DNA from: Myxococcota bacterium
GTDB taxonomy: Bacteria > Myxococcota_A > UBA9160 > UBA6930
DNA length: 64,000 nucleotides
NCBI GenBank assembly: GCA_965223415.1
Contig: OZ245002.1
Location: forward strand, 4,192,001-4,256,000
Reading direction: 5' to 3'
Positions within the stretch are counted from its first letter, which is position 1; each line of letters begins with the position of its first letter. Under the pieces are notes generated by a model. The model did no database searches. It was given only the letters and a program-made list of their open reading frames with translations, and was not told the origin of the DNA. Positions 28,615 through 38,250 of this stretch are shown here, one piece after another. The position numbers and the translations under genes were made by a program.

Positions 28615-29448
28615 TCAGGCCGAGCCTCCGGCCTTCCAACCCATCCGGACCGTGCAGGAGGTGTCGGGCAGGTGCGGTTCGAACTCCATCGAGAGGCCGC
28701 CGCCGGCGCCGGCGAAGAGCCGCTCGAAGGCTCCCTTGCAGATCAAGAGGCAGCCCTCCTCGGGTAGCGCGTCCGGGTTCGGCAGGGAGTCGGCCCTGGG
28801 GCACACGTGCCAGGCACAATCCGGCACCTCCATTACCACCGAGCCTGCGGCGGGATCGAACTCGGTGATCTCGGCGGGGCCGGTGAGGAAGCCGGCCGGG
28901 TTGAACATCTCGAAGGCGAGCTTCTGGAAGCCGCGCGGCGGGCCCGCCGGGCCTGCGGAGGCCGGCTTCGAGCGCGCCTTCTCGGACATGCTGTTCATCA
29001 TCGCGAGGAAATCGGGAGAGTTCTCGTAAGCGAGGGCGACGCTCGTACCGACGACGATCTCCTCGTACTGCTCGCGGGAGAAGTGCTTGCGCAGCTCCAG
29101 CAGGCACCACTCGGCCTCGCGAACGAAGTTGCCGTAGCGCTTGCGCCAGCGCTCTCGGGGCGAGTCGAGGCGGCGCACCTCCTCCCGCCGGTCGCGGATC
29201 CCGGCGAAGCGCCGGTCGATGTCCTCCGGGTCGCCGACCAGGCGGAGGATCGGGAGGAAGGTGTAGTGCACCATCGGCCACGCCCGCTCCACGATCATCT
29301 TCTTCGACATGAACATGTCGATCCACGCCTGGGGCCCGTACTCGTAGAGGAGGCCGCGGGTGCCGGCCGCCTTGCGCCGTGCGGGCAGGGTGGTGGTCCG
29401 CGGCCCAGCGGGCCGCGCGTCCTGCAGGGGAGGGGGCTCGGTTGCCAT
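28615..29448 (-). CDS. Hypothetical protein with Cys-rich V4R/ATC-hydrolase-like C-terminal domain
   Basis: VPDCAWHVC...CLLICK...SCTV; RBS AGGAG. Confidence 0.6.
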   Translation of the reverse strand: MATEPPPLQDARPAGPRTTTLPARRKAAGTRGLLYEYGPQAWIDMFMSKKMIVERAWPMVHYTFLPILRLVGDPEDIDRRFAGIRDRREEVRRLDSPRERWRKRYGNFVREAEWCLLELRKHFSREQYEEIVVGTSVALAYENSPDFLAMMNSMSEKARSKPASAGPAGPPRGFQKLAFEMFNPAGFLTGPAEITEFDPAAGSVVMEVPDCAWHVCPRADSLPNPDALPEEGCLLICKGAFERLFAGAGGGLSMEFEPHLPDTSCTVRMGWKAGGSA

Positions 29449-29497
29449 GGCGTGCTCCTGATCGGCTCCCGAGCAGGCTAGCAGCCTCGGCGGCGGG

Positions 29498-29884
29498 TCA
29501 GTGCGGAAGCGTCCAGCGCTGGTCGCTGGCGCTCTCGAGCCGCCGCTCGGTGCGGGAGTAGCGGAGGGGCGCGGCGGCGAAGGGATCCTCCGGCACGTGG
29601 ACGAGGTAGTCCGGAACGAGGGCGCCCAGGGTCTCGGGCAGCTCGCCGCGATCCGCCTGTCAGGCCCGGAGGCCGGCCTGGGCGAGATGCGCGGAGCGCT
29701 GGGCCTGGGTCTCGCACCCGCGGCGCCGTTAGCGGGAGAAGTCGGGCACGGCGATCGAGGCGAGCACGCGCCCGATGCCGTTGGGGCCCGGCGCGGCCTC
29801 ACCCTCCAGGATGCGGTAGATTCCCACGGCGAGCGCGCCGAAGAGCAGGCAGCCCGCGGCCAGAACGGTCAGCAAGGCTCTCAT
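29498..29884 (-). pseudogene. Membrane protein with pseudopilin-like LP..L..LVP.YL..VP.DP motif and two in-frame stops
   Basis: A single frame of 129 codons is interrupted by TAA (29729-29731) and TGA (29660-29662). Confidence 0.65.
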
Positions 29885-29994
29885 GGCCACCGCAACGGCA
29901 GCCCGCTACCGCCGGTTGAAGCGCACGCTGCCGACCGGCCTCGAGCCGGTCGAAGTGTCCGGAGCTGCCGGGACCCGGTTGCGCTGGATCCGGC

Positions 29995-31947
29995 CTAGCG
30001 GCCCGCCACCCGTCGGCCTCGCGACTTGCCCGCGCCCGCCTTGCGCTTGGATCCATTCCTGCGGTCGTGTCGCGCCTTCTTCTTCGCCGGGCGTCGCGGG
30101 CTCGCTTCGGCCCGCTGTCGACCACGCCTCTCGCGAGGCTCGGCCTTCGGCCGCGCATTCCGCTTGGCCATCTTTCGCGAGCTCCGCTCCGGGCGACGCG
30201 CCCGCTCGCGCCCTCCCTTGCGCTTCTCGGCGGCTACCTGCTTCGGACGTGTCCTGCGCTTCTTCGTCGCGGCCTGCTTGGAGTGTCCTCGGCGCTTCTT
30301 CGCCGTGACCCGCTTCGGCTCCGAACGGCGCTTCTTCGCGACGGTCCGCTTGGTCCGCTGGCGCTCCTTCGCGACGGTCCGCTTGGTCCGCTGGCGCTTC
30401 TTCGCCGTCATCTCCTCGCGAGAGGAGCCCCGTCCGCTGGCCTTCGCGCGCTCGCGCCGTGCCTTGCGCGCTCGGGTCTCGCGATTCCCGGGCTGGCCGT
30501 CGCTCCGCTCGACCTTGCCTCTCCGCCGGCCGTCGCTCCGGGCGGCCTTGCCCCTGCGGCGGCCGTTGCGGCGGTCGTCGAGCTCCGCTCCTCGCCTCTT
30601 TGGGGCCAGCCGGGCATGTCGACGCGGGCGGCGGTCGCGGTCGTCGCGCCCGGCCCGGCGTTGATCCTTCCGGTCGAAGTGGCGCCGGTGCTCGTCGTGG
30701 CGGTCGAATCGGCGCCCGCGATCGTCGTGCCGGTCTAGGTGGCGCCGGCGATCGCGGTGTCGATCGGCGTGATGTCGGCGATCGTGGTGACGGTGGGATC
30801 GGTGGGCGTGGTGCGCTCGGCGGATCCCCTCGGCGTGGTGGACGTGCCGCACACGGTGGTGATGGGAATAGCGCCGCACGTAGTGGTGGCTCGGATGATG
30901 AGCACGCAGCCAATAGAGGAAGGGGAAGGACGGCGCCGCGAACACGACCAGCGAGTGCCCGTGACCGTGGAAGCCGAGATGGCCCCACGTGGCCCGCGGG
31001 TACCAGAGCGCGTGGGCGTGGGCCGCGGGCACGAAGAAGTCGCAGCAACGCGCGGGGTAGCCGTACCAGTAGGGGTAGGGCCGAACGCGGGAGGCGAGGG
31101 ACCGGCCCTCCCGATGGCCCTCCTCGTAGCCGTCCTCGAATCCCTGGTCGTAGTCGTCCCAGCGGGGCCCGACCTGCGCCTCCCAATCCGCGGCGACCGT
31201 GGTCACCTGCTCCCGCAGCACCGGGTCTTCGCGGATCGCCTCGGACCACTCGTCGCGCTCCCGCTCGTCGTTCGCGGCGACCTCCACCGACAGCTCGGCC
31301 AGCCACTCCTGCACCTCGGCCGGCCGGCTGGCGTAGGCCTCGCCCAGGGCCACCGTGGTCCGGAGGTTCTCCGCGAGCACGCTCAGCAGCGCCGGCTCGT
31401 CGGCGACGCGCTCGAGGGCGTCGGCCAGCGAGGGCTCGAGCCCTTCGAGCAGGTCAGCGAACGCCGCTTCGATCTCGTCGTGGAGCGCGTCCATCTCGAC
31501 GAGCGCGGGGTGGGACCCGGAGGCCGCGCGGCGGGCGGCGTCTTCCACGTTCTCGGCAATCCGGTCCAGGATCTCCCGGGCTTCCGTCGCGTCCTCGCGA
31601 GCCAGGGCGGAGACGAGCGCGGGGTGGCGCGCGAGCTCCCACAGATCGTCGCGCTCCTGCTGGCTGCGGCCCTCCAGGATCTCCTCGAAGCTGCGGCCAG
31701 ACCAGGCGCGGATGTTCTCGACGCCGACGATCAGATCCGGGTGCCCACTCACCCGCAGGGCGTCGTCCCGCAACGCCCCGGGCTGGCGCGCGATGGCTTC
31801 CAGGGCTTCGCGCTCCGCCGCATCGCGGGGCAGCTCGTCCCAATCGGGCGCGGCGACGCCCGGCGCGGCCCACCCGAGGGTGAGCACACAGCACGCCCAC
31901 AGGAAGGGAAGGAAGGGGGCTCGCCGAGGGTGTCGAACAGGGGGCAT
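29995..31947 (-). CDS. Secreted hypothetical protein: acidic helical domain, His-rich segment and Arg/Lys repeat tail
   Basis: Signal peptide, E/D-rich helical N-half, PYPYWYGYP, HHYVRRYSHHH, then AKKR-type repeats. Confidence 0.7.
   Translation of the reverse strand: MPPVRHPRRAPFLPFLWACCVLTLGWAAPGVAAPDWDELPRDAAEREALEAIARQPGALRDDALRVSGHPDLIVGVENIRAWSGRSFEEILEGRSQQERDDLWELARHPALVSALAREDATEAREILDRIAENVEDAARRAASGSHPALVEMDALHDEIEAAFADLLEGLEPSLADALERVADEPALLSVLAENLRTTVALGEAYASRPAEVQEWLAELSVEVAANDERERDEWSEAIREDPVLREQVTTVAADWEAQVGPRWDDYDQGFEDGYEEGHREGRSLASRVRPYPYWYGYPARCCDFFVPAAHAHALWYPRATWGHLGFHGHGHSLVVFAAPSFPFLYWLRAHHPSHHYVRRYSHHHRVRHVHHAEGIRRAHHAHRSHRHHDRRHHADRHRDRRRHLDRHDDRGRRFDRHDEHRRHFDRKDQRRAGRDDRDRRPRRHARLAPKRRGAELDDRRNGRRRGKAARSDGRRRGKVERSDGQPGNRETRARKARRERAKASGRGSSREEMTAKKRQRTKRTVAKERQRTKRTVAKKRRSEPKRVTAKKRRGHSKQAATKKRRTRPKQVAAEKRKGGRERARRPERSSRKMAKRNARPKAEPRERRGRQRAEASPRRPAKKKARHDRRNGSKRKAGAGKSRGRRVAGR
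30329..30406. repeat. 33-bp coding tandem repeat
   Basis: CGCT(T/C)CTTCGCGACGGTCCGCTTGGTCCGCTGG in two copies plus a partial, encoding AK(K/E)RQRTKRTV. Confidence 0.8.
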
Positions 31948-32391
31948 CGCTCGCTCCTCTCCCTGCGAAGGGGTTCGCAGGCTTCGACGCAACGCCCGTC
32001 CGTAGATTCGAGTGTGGCAGGTTCCGGCCCGGATGCCGCCCCGCGGGGCAAGCCCCGGGGCAGGGGAGGTCCCCGTTCGCCGTCTCCCGGTCGTGCAGCC
32101 CCCCCCTCCCCGACCTCCGGGTCGACGCGCTTCGACCCGAAGGCGCCGATGAAGGCGCAAGCGGCGTAGCCGCGGATGTGCGGCTCCTGCGCCTCCTGCC
32201 AGCTGCGGTAGACCCGCTCCTCCTCCGGATCCCGGGACGGGGCACGGGCGCCGGGTCTCGGCGATCCGCAACGCCAGAACTTCGGCGTGAGCCGCGCGGG
32301 CAAGCGCATCTGTCCGCCGCACCGGTGGAGGTAGAGCGTACACTGTTCCGCGTCGAGGATGCGATGACTTCCTGCCCACGGAGGCCCCGCC

Positions 32392-33561
32392 ATGCCCGCC
32401 GAGCGCCCGGTGATCATCTCCTGCGACGGCCACGCGACCGGTCGTCCCCAGGACTACCTGCCCTACGTGGATCCGGCCTACCGCAGCCGGTACGAGGAGT
32501 TCGTCCGCGAGTTCAAGGCCCAGCAGGAGAAACAGGCGAAGGCCAGACGAGAGGGGAAGTCCCTCTTCACCGACGACGGAAGCTTCGCCTTCAACGAGGA
32601 GCGCGGCGACGACCGTGACGGCGAGTGGAACTCGTCGGTGCGAACCGAGGTGCTGGAGCGGGAGGGCATCGTGGCGGAGGTGCTCTTCCCGAACGGCGGC
32701 GTGCCCTTCGGCGGCTTCGGCGAATCCGCCGAGCACGAGCTGCGGGGCGTCGGCAACCGGGCCTACGATCGCTGGCTGGTCGACTTCGCGAACGATCTCC
32801 CGGGCCGGCGCGCAGCGCTGGCGATGCTCACGGTCCACGACCTGGACGCGACCTGTCGCGAGATCCGATGGGCCGCCGAGCACGGCATGAAGGGCGTCAT
32901 CATCCCGACCGTGCCGGGCAAGGGGCTCCCTCCCTACTACGACGACTGCTACGACCCGCTCTGGGCCACCTGTCAGGACACGGAGCTTCCGGTCCACGTC
33001 CACGGCGGCGGCGGCACGCCGGACTACGGCGACTACGGCGTGGTGAGCATGCTCATGTACGCCACCGAGGCCACCTTCTTTTCCCAGCGCAACCTCTGGG
33101 TCTTGATCTGGGGCGGCGTCCTGGAGCGCTTCCCGCGTCTGCAGTTCGTCTTCACCGAGACCCGGGCCGACTGGGTGCCGGGCACCCTCGCCCTCCTCGA
33201 CGGCATCCACCGCGCCCCCTTCTTCCGGAACATCGGGGACACGGCGCGGCTCGCGCCGAGCGCGTACTTCGAGCGCCAGTGCCACGTCGCGGCCAGCTCC
33301 ATGGGCTCCCACGAGACGAAGCTCCGCCACCAGATCGGCATCGACAAGCTGATGTGGGGCGCCGACTACCCCCACGTCGAGGGCACCTGGCCGGGAACGC
33401 AGAAGTCGCTGCGGCGCTGCTTCGAGGGCGTGCCGGCGGAGGACGTGCGCACGATCCTCACGACCAATCCCGCCCAGCTCTACGGCTTCGACGAGGAGGC
33501 CCTGCAGCCGATCGCCGACCGGGTGGGGCCGACGGCGGAGGAGCTCGTCGGGGCGAGCTGA
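32392..33561 (+). CDS. Amidohydrolase_2 family protein
   Basis: ISCDGH, AEVLFPN, VHVHGG, VLERFP, MWGADYPHVEGTWP. Confidence 0.88.
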   Translation: MPAERPVIISCDGHATGRPQDYLPYVDPAYRSRYEEFVREFKAQQEKQAKARREGKSLFTDDGSFAFNEERGDDRDGEWNSSVRTEVLEREGIVAEVLFPNGGVPFGGFGESAEHELRGVGNRAYDRWLVDFANDLPGRRAALAMLTVHDLDATCREIRWAAEHGMKGVIIPTVPGKGLPPYYDDCYDPLWATCQDTELPVHVHGGGGTPDYGDYGVVSMLMYATEATFFSQRNLWVLIWGGVLERFPRLQFVFTETRADWVPGTLALLDGIHRAPFFRNIGDTARLAPSAYFERQCHVAASSMGSHETKLRHQIGIDKLMWGADYPHVEGTWPGTQKSLRRCFEGVPAEDVRTILTTNPAQLYGFDEEALQPIADRVGPTAEELVGAS

Positions 33562-33572
33562 ACGGGGGTCGG

Positions 33573-34595
33573 TCAGTCGATCGGGCGCCCCGCGGCTCGC
33601 AGCACGTAGAGCGCGTCGGCGGTGACCCACTCGTTCGTGCGGCGCTTGCTCGCAGGGCCCCAGTCGAAGAGCTCGGTCCCGGCCTGCGGTGGGGTCGACA
33701 TCCGGAAGAAGCGCTTCTCGGCGGGCCAGCCGCCGTCGCGGAGACGCTTCGCCTCGAGCGTGTCCAGGGCCTCCCGACAGCGCGGGTCGTGGACGAGGCC
33801 GGCCTCGGCCATCACGACCAGACCGGCCAGGAAGTCGTAGTGCCAGTAGAGCGGATAGTGGAGCTCGAGGAAGCCACTCCTCATGACCGCACCGTCCGAT
33901 CTGCGTCGGAACAGGTGGCGCTCGAGGAAGATCTCCGCTGCGCGGCGCGCTGCGTCTTCGGCATCCGGGCGGCCCGTCTCCCGCGCGACGAGCGAAAGGG
34001 CCCGCAGGGGAATCAGGCTCTCCATGAACGACGACCTGGACGCGTCCGGCCGCTTGTCGCAGTTCCACCCTCCGTCGGGCCACTGCCAGTGCAGGAGACG
34101 CTCGATCAGGTCCTCGGCACGCCGATCCGCCAGCCCGAGGGAGACGACGCTGAACAGCGCGTTGCCCTGTTGGGATGCGCAACGGCGGTGGCGCCCCTGC
34201 ATCAGGGGCACTCCCTCTCGCCGGTAGACCTGGCTCCTCGTCGTGGCTTCGAACTCCGCGAAGTAGCGATCGGCGAGCCAGCGCTCCATGAGCTGATCCC
34301 GGATCGGCAGGAGCGCGCGGTCGCCGCGCGGGTACCCGGTATCGGCGAGAGCGGCCATCACCCAGTGGGCGCCGAACCACTTCGCGTAGACCTCCGGGCT
34401 CGGGCGCGTGATGCGTCCGCTCCCCTCTCGGCCGGAGAGCAGTCGCCGGACCCGAAGCGAATCGCGGATCTCTCGCTGGAGCCGACGGATCGCCGCAGAT
34501 GTCGGGCTCTCCCCCAGCACGCGGACGCGAACCTTCCAGCGAATCGCCGGCTCTTTCGAGGAGAGAAGGCGATCCAGGATCTCGGGCTTCGCCAT
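33573..34595 (-). CDS. Prenyltransferase/squalene-oxidase-repeat (alpha/alpha barrel) hypothetical protein
   Basis: WQWPDGGWNCD, YPLYWHYD, KRLRDGGW, NEWVT..AL. Confidence 0.7.
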   Translation of the reverse strand: MAKPEILDRLLSSKEPAIRWKVRVRVLGESPTSAAIRRLQREIRDSLRVRRLLSGREGSGRITRPSPEVYAKWFGAHWVMAALADTGYPRGDRALLPIRDQLMERWLADRYFAEFEATTRSQVYRREGVPLMQGRHRRCASQQGNALFSVVSLGLADRRAEDLIERLLHWQWPDGGWNCDKRPDASRSSFMESLIPLRALSLVARETGRPDAEDAARRAAEIFLERHLFRRRSDGAVMRSGFLELHYPLYWHYDFLAGLVVMAEAGLVHDPRCREALDTLEAKRLRDGGWPAEKRFFRMSTPPQAGTELFDWGPASKRRTNEWVTADALYVLRAAGRPID

Positions 34596-34847
34596 GGGAC
34601 GGCTCCTCTTCGCCCAACGCCAGCATAGTCGACTTCCTGCCCCGCGGGCGCGGCGGCTCGCCGGCCCGGAGGAAGAACGGTGAAGCTCGTCACGTGACGG
34701 GTGATCACCCTCGGCCACGGCTTCGTCGGAATCGGCGTGTCGTGCGATCGCATTGCGTCGGTGATTTTCCCGGATCCGGTGAGTCGGGTCACCGCGCTCG
34801 ACCGGTGTCTCCACATAACGTCGCCCGACACGTCATGGAGGACCCCG

Positions 34848-35054
34848 ATGAAGTACGCGATCCACGCCATTGCTCTTGCAATCGGACTGGCCTTCGCCTT
34901 CGCGGCCGCCGCCACCGGGCAGGAGGCCGGGACGAAGACCTGCACCTGGGCCGGCCAGGAGTACCAGCCCGGCGAGAAGGTCAGCGTCGGCGACGATGAG
35001 CTGGTCTGCGACGGCACGACCGGCGAATGGGTGCGACCCGAGGCCAGCGAGTAG
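34848..35054 (+). CDS. Small secreted disulfide protein (DUF1496-like)
   Basis: RBS GGAGG, signal peptide, CTWAGQEYQPGE...LVC. Confidence 0.7.
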   Translation: MKYAIHAIALAIGLAFAFAAAATGQEAGTKTCTWAGQEYQPGEKVSVGDDELVCDGTTGEWVRPEASE

Positions 35055-35227
35055 CACCCATGTCCGCCCTCTCCGCCTCGCCGAGACCCGCAAGGCCCCT
35101 TCCCGGGGCGGAGAGGGCCCAGGCCCGCGAAACCGGCCATGGCTTCCGAGCGTACCAACGGGCATTCGGCGGCCCGCCGGAGCGTCGCGCTCGGCGAGCC
35201 GTTCCGGATGCTCGAGGAGGGGCCCGC

Positions 35228-35347
35228 GTGAGCGCGGCGGCGAAGCGCGTCGACGTCTTCCGACTGCTGGTAGCGGTGGCCGGGCTCGTGGCTTATCTCG
35301 CGCCGCTGGCCGTGATCGCGGTCTCGCTGCTGATGATCGCGTGGTGA
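35228..35347 (+). CDS. Small single-TM membrane protein (39 aa)
   Basis: GAGGAGG RBS before GTG; hydrophobic LLVAVAGLVAYLAPLAVIAVSLLMIAW. Confidence 0.45.
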   Translation: MSAAAKRVDVFRLLVAVAGLVAYLAPLAVIAVSLLMIAW

Positions 35348-35351
35348 AGTC

Positions 35352-37259
35352 CTAGGCGGGGAGGATTCGTGCGCCCGCTACCCGGCGGATGCGTCGCCGG
35401 GCTCGCAGCGGCAGGTGTCCGAGCGAGACGGCGAGCCAGTCGTGGGGAAAGGTCACCTCGTCGAAGAGGCGGCGGAGAACGTCTGCTTCGTGAAAGGCGC
35501 CCTGGAAGCGCCACCAGGCCTTGCGCTCGATCTTCACCGCGATCAGGTACTGCGGGTGTTCCGCGAGGTGCTTCAGCTCGCGGCGCACGAGGTAGGCGCG
35601 CGTGATGCCGCCCGCCTCGCGCAGCTGGCTCACCAGGCGCTCGACGATCGGGTTCCCCAGCTCGTGGGGCGCGAAGCGCGTTTGCGCCCCGATGGACTCG
35701 CGCTCGGCGGCGGCCTCGTCGAGGGATTCCTGCTGCTGTAGGAGGTCGACGTGGATGGCGTCGGCCCGGGAGCCCTCGCCGGTCTCGCGCCACCACTGCT
35801 GCTGCAGAGCCGTGAACGCCGGCCCGTGGACCGGGTCGTTCTGGGCGGCGCGCTCCGCCCAGCCGAGGCAAGCCGCGTCGCCGTCGTCGTAGAGGAGCGT
35901 CGCGAGCCAGAGGCAGGCGTCGGCATGGTCCCCGTGGCGGGCCAGGAAGTCCTCGAGGGCGCCGCGACCCGCCTCAGGGCCCTCGCGCTGGGCGATCAGG
36001 CCCACGTGCTCCCACTCCTCCTCCACCTCGAGCGGCGGCCCGGACCCGGCGGCCCGACGGGCGAGCTCGCTGGCGCGCTCGTGGGCGGCCGCGGCTTGCC
36101 TACGCGCCTCCTCCCAGGTCTCGTCCATCTCCTTCCTCGCCTCGGCGTCACCGGTGGCGACCAGGGCGGAGGGATCCGCTGCGAGCTGTTCGATGGCGTT
36201 GGGACCGGCGGTGGCGGCGAGCAGCGCCAGAGCGCGGTCCACCGCGGCTTCGGGCTCCGCGTTCCGATCGACGATCCGGAGCTCGCGGAGGCGATCGAAC
36301 AGGGTCGGATGGGTGTCCTCCAGGTCCGTCGACTCGCCATAGGCGGCGCGCAGCGCTCGCCGCACGAGCGGCCCGTCCTGGGGCTGGCTCCGCAGGAACG
36401 CCACGGCGCGGGTCATCGCGTCCGCCGGCGGCTCCGGGTCCATCGCCGTGGTGCGGGCGAACTCCTCGACGAACCGGGTCTCGAAGCCGGTCGCGCCGAG
36501 CTGGATGCGCACCAGGGCCGCCCCGACGGCTTCCCTTCCGACCGTCTCCGCCGCATGGGCGTCCGCCTCGAACTCCTGGCGCCGTCCGTGCACCGACATG
36601 GCCGCGGCGAGTCGGGCGCCGAACAGCAGGTCGAAGGGCACCAGCAGGAGCCCCGGCAGCCCGGCGTGGCGCAGGGCGTTCCAGGACTCGCCGAAGCGGT
36701 AGAGGGAGGGGCCCCAATGGCCGTGCCGTTTCGCGAAGTGGGCGAGCTCGTGGGCGACGATCGCCCGGGCGGTGCCGAGCGGGACGACGGCCAGGAGGGG
36801 AAGGCCCAGCACGAGGTGATGCCGCGCGAAGCCCGCGAGACCGAAGAGCGGGCGCTGGGAGGCGGCCGCGTTGAACTGGCCGTCGAGCCACACCGAGCTC
36901 AGCTCGCCGACGCCCATCCTGCGCCGCAGGTCGTCGAGCAGCTCGAAGAGCCCCGGTGCATCTTCCGGCGCGAGCCGGTGGCCCCCCGGGCCTTGGACCT
37001 TCGAGACCAGCCCGACCGCCGCCGAGAAGAGGCCCAGCACCGAGAAGATGCCCACGAGGGCCAGGGCGCCCGAGCCCCCGCCCGCGGCGAAGGTGGCCAC
37101 GACCCACGCGGCGACCCCGGCGAGCAGCGCCAGCACACCGGCGAAGTAGATCAGCGCCCCGCCCACCAGGAGCCCCAGGCGGCGCCGGAAAGCGGCCGGC
37201 GCGTGGACCGAGAGCTGGGTGTACTGCTCCACCAGGCCGTGGAATCGGATGCGGCTCAC
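35352..37259 (-). CDS. M48-family membrane metallopeptidase with helical/TPR-like C-terminal extension
   Basis: FNAAA, AHELAH, RRQEFEAD, THPTL; N-terminal TM helices. Confidence 0.88.
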   Translation of the reverse strand: MSRIRFHGLVEQYTQLSVHAPAAFRRRLGLLVGGALIYFAGVLALLAGVAAWVVATFAAGGGSGALALVGIFSVLGLFSAAVGLVSKVQGPGGHRLAPEDAPGLFELLDDLRRRMGVGELSSVWLDGQFNAAASQRPLFGLAGFARHHLVLGLPLLAVVPLGTARAIVAHELAHFAKRHGHWGPSLYRFGESWNALRHAGLPGLLLVPFDLLFGARLAAAMSVHGRRQEFEADAHAAETVGREAVGAALVRIQLGATGFETRFVEEFARTTAMDPEPPADAMTRAVAFLRSQPQDGPLVRRALRAAYGESTDLEDTHPTLFDRLRELRIVDRNAEPEAAVDRALALLAATAGPNAIEQLAADPSALVATGDAEARKEMDETWEEARRQAAAAHERASELARRAAGSGPPLEVEEEWEHVGLIAQREGPEAGRGALEDFLARHGDHADACLWLATLLYDDGDAACLGWAERAAQNDPVHGPAFTALQQQWWRETGEGSRADAIHVDLLQQQESLDEAAAERESIGAQTRFAPHELGNPIVERLVSQLREAGGITRAYLVRRELKHLAEHPQYLIAVKIERKAWWRFQGAFHEADVLRRLFDEVTFPHDWLAVSLGHLPLRARRRIRRVAGARILPA

Positions 37260-37409
37260 CGGCAACCTCCCAAGGGCGCCCATCGGCCGCCCGGGGCCTC
37301 TTCGAGAGCCCCGGGGCGCCCCGCGTCGAGATGACGCCGGCGTTGCGGTGGGGCCGCAGCCGGGCGAGGCTGGCGCCTCCGGAGCGCAAGGAACAGGAAG
37401 GAGCATGGG

Positions 37410-38219
37410 ATGGAGGACTTCGAAGGCCGGATCGCCGTGGTCACCGGCGGCGCCAGCGGCATCGGGCGGGGCATCGCCGAGGCGCTCGCCGCCGAAGGGG
37501 CCCACGTCGTCGTGGCCGACATCGACGAGGCGAGGGCGGGGGACACCGCCGAGGGCCTTCGCGGGCGCGGCGTGCGGAGCTTCGCCGTCCGAACCGACGT
37601 GCGCGACACCGCTTCCGTCGACGATCTCGCCGCCGCGACGCTGAAGGAGTTCGATGGCGTCGACCTCCTCGTCAACAACGCCGGCGTCTACCTCGGCGGC
37701 GAGATGCGCGATGTCACCGAGGACGACTGGCGCTTTGTCCTGGGCGTGAACCTGGACGGCGTGTTCCGGGTCGGACAGACCTTCTCGCGAATCCTCCGCG
37801 AGCAGGGCCGCGGCGGCCACGTGGTGAACACGGCCTCGGTGGGCGGCTTCGTCGCCCACGGCGCCGGGCTCGCCTACGGCGTCAGCAAGTTCGGCGTCGT
37901 GGCGTACAGCGAGGCAATGCGGGCGGACCTCGAGCCCGAGGGGATCGGCGTCTCGACCCTTTGTCCGGGGCCGGTGGCGACCAACCTTCCCGCCTCGGAT
38001 CGGCTGCGCGGTGCCCAGGAGGCGGCCGGCGGCTTCTCCGAGGCCCTCTCTCCCTTCATTCGCGAAGGCCTCTCACCGGAGGAGGTGGGGCCGATCGTGC
38101 TGCGCGGTATCCGCGCCAATCTGCCCTACATCTTCACCGACGACAGCCTGCGCGAGCTCTTCGCCCAGCGCTTCCAGACCATCCTGGCCGGCTTCGACCA
38201 GATCACGCCGCCCGCCTAG
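37410..38219 (+). CDS. SDR family oxidoreductase
   Basis: TGGASGIG, NNAG, NTAS, YGVSK, LCPG. Confidence 0.92.
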   Translation: MEDFEGRIAVVTGGASGIGRGIAEALAAEGAHVVVADIDEARAGDTAEGLRGRGVRSFAVRTDVRDTASVDDLAAATLKEFDGVDLLVNNAGVYLGGEMRDVTEDDWRFVLGVNLDGVFRVGQTFSRILREQGRGGHVVNTASVGGFVAHGAGLAYGVSKFGVVAYSEAMRADLEPEGIGVSTLCPGPVATNLPASDRLRGAQEAAGGFSEALSPFIREGLSPEEVGPIVLRGIRANLPYIFTDDSLRELFAQRFQTILAGFDQITPPA

Positions 38220-38250
38220 GCGTCGGTCGGCGCGGGAAGAGGGGATCGCG

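Noticed and set aside
30250..30420. Possible CRISPR-like repeats
   Set aside because: They are contiguous in-frame 33-bp coding repeats without unique spacers, and there are no cas genes.
34786..34812. Shared CTCGACCGG between this region and the sigma-fusion upstream region, as a regulon motif
   Set aside because: It is a short GC-rich match with inconsistent spacing, likely chance.
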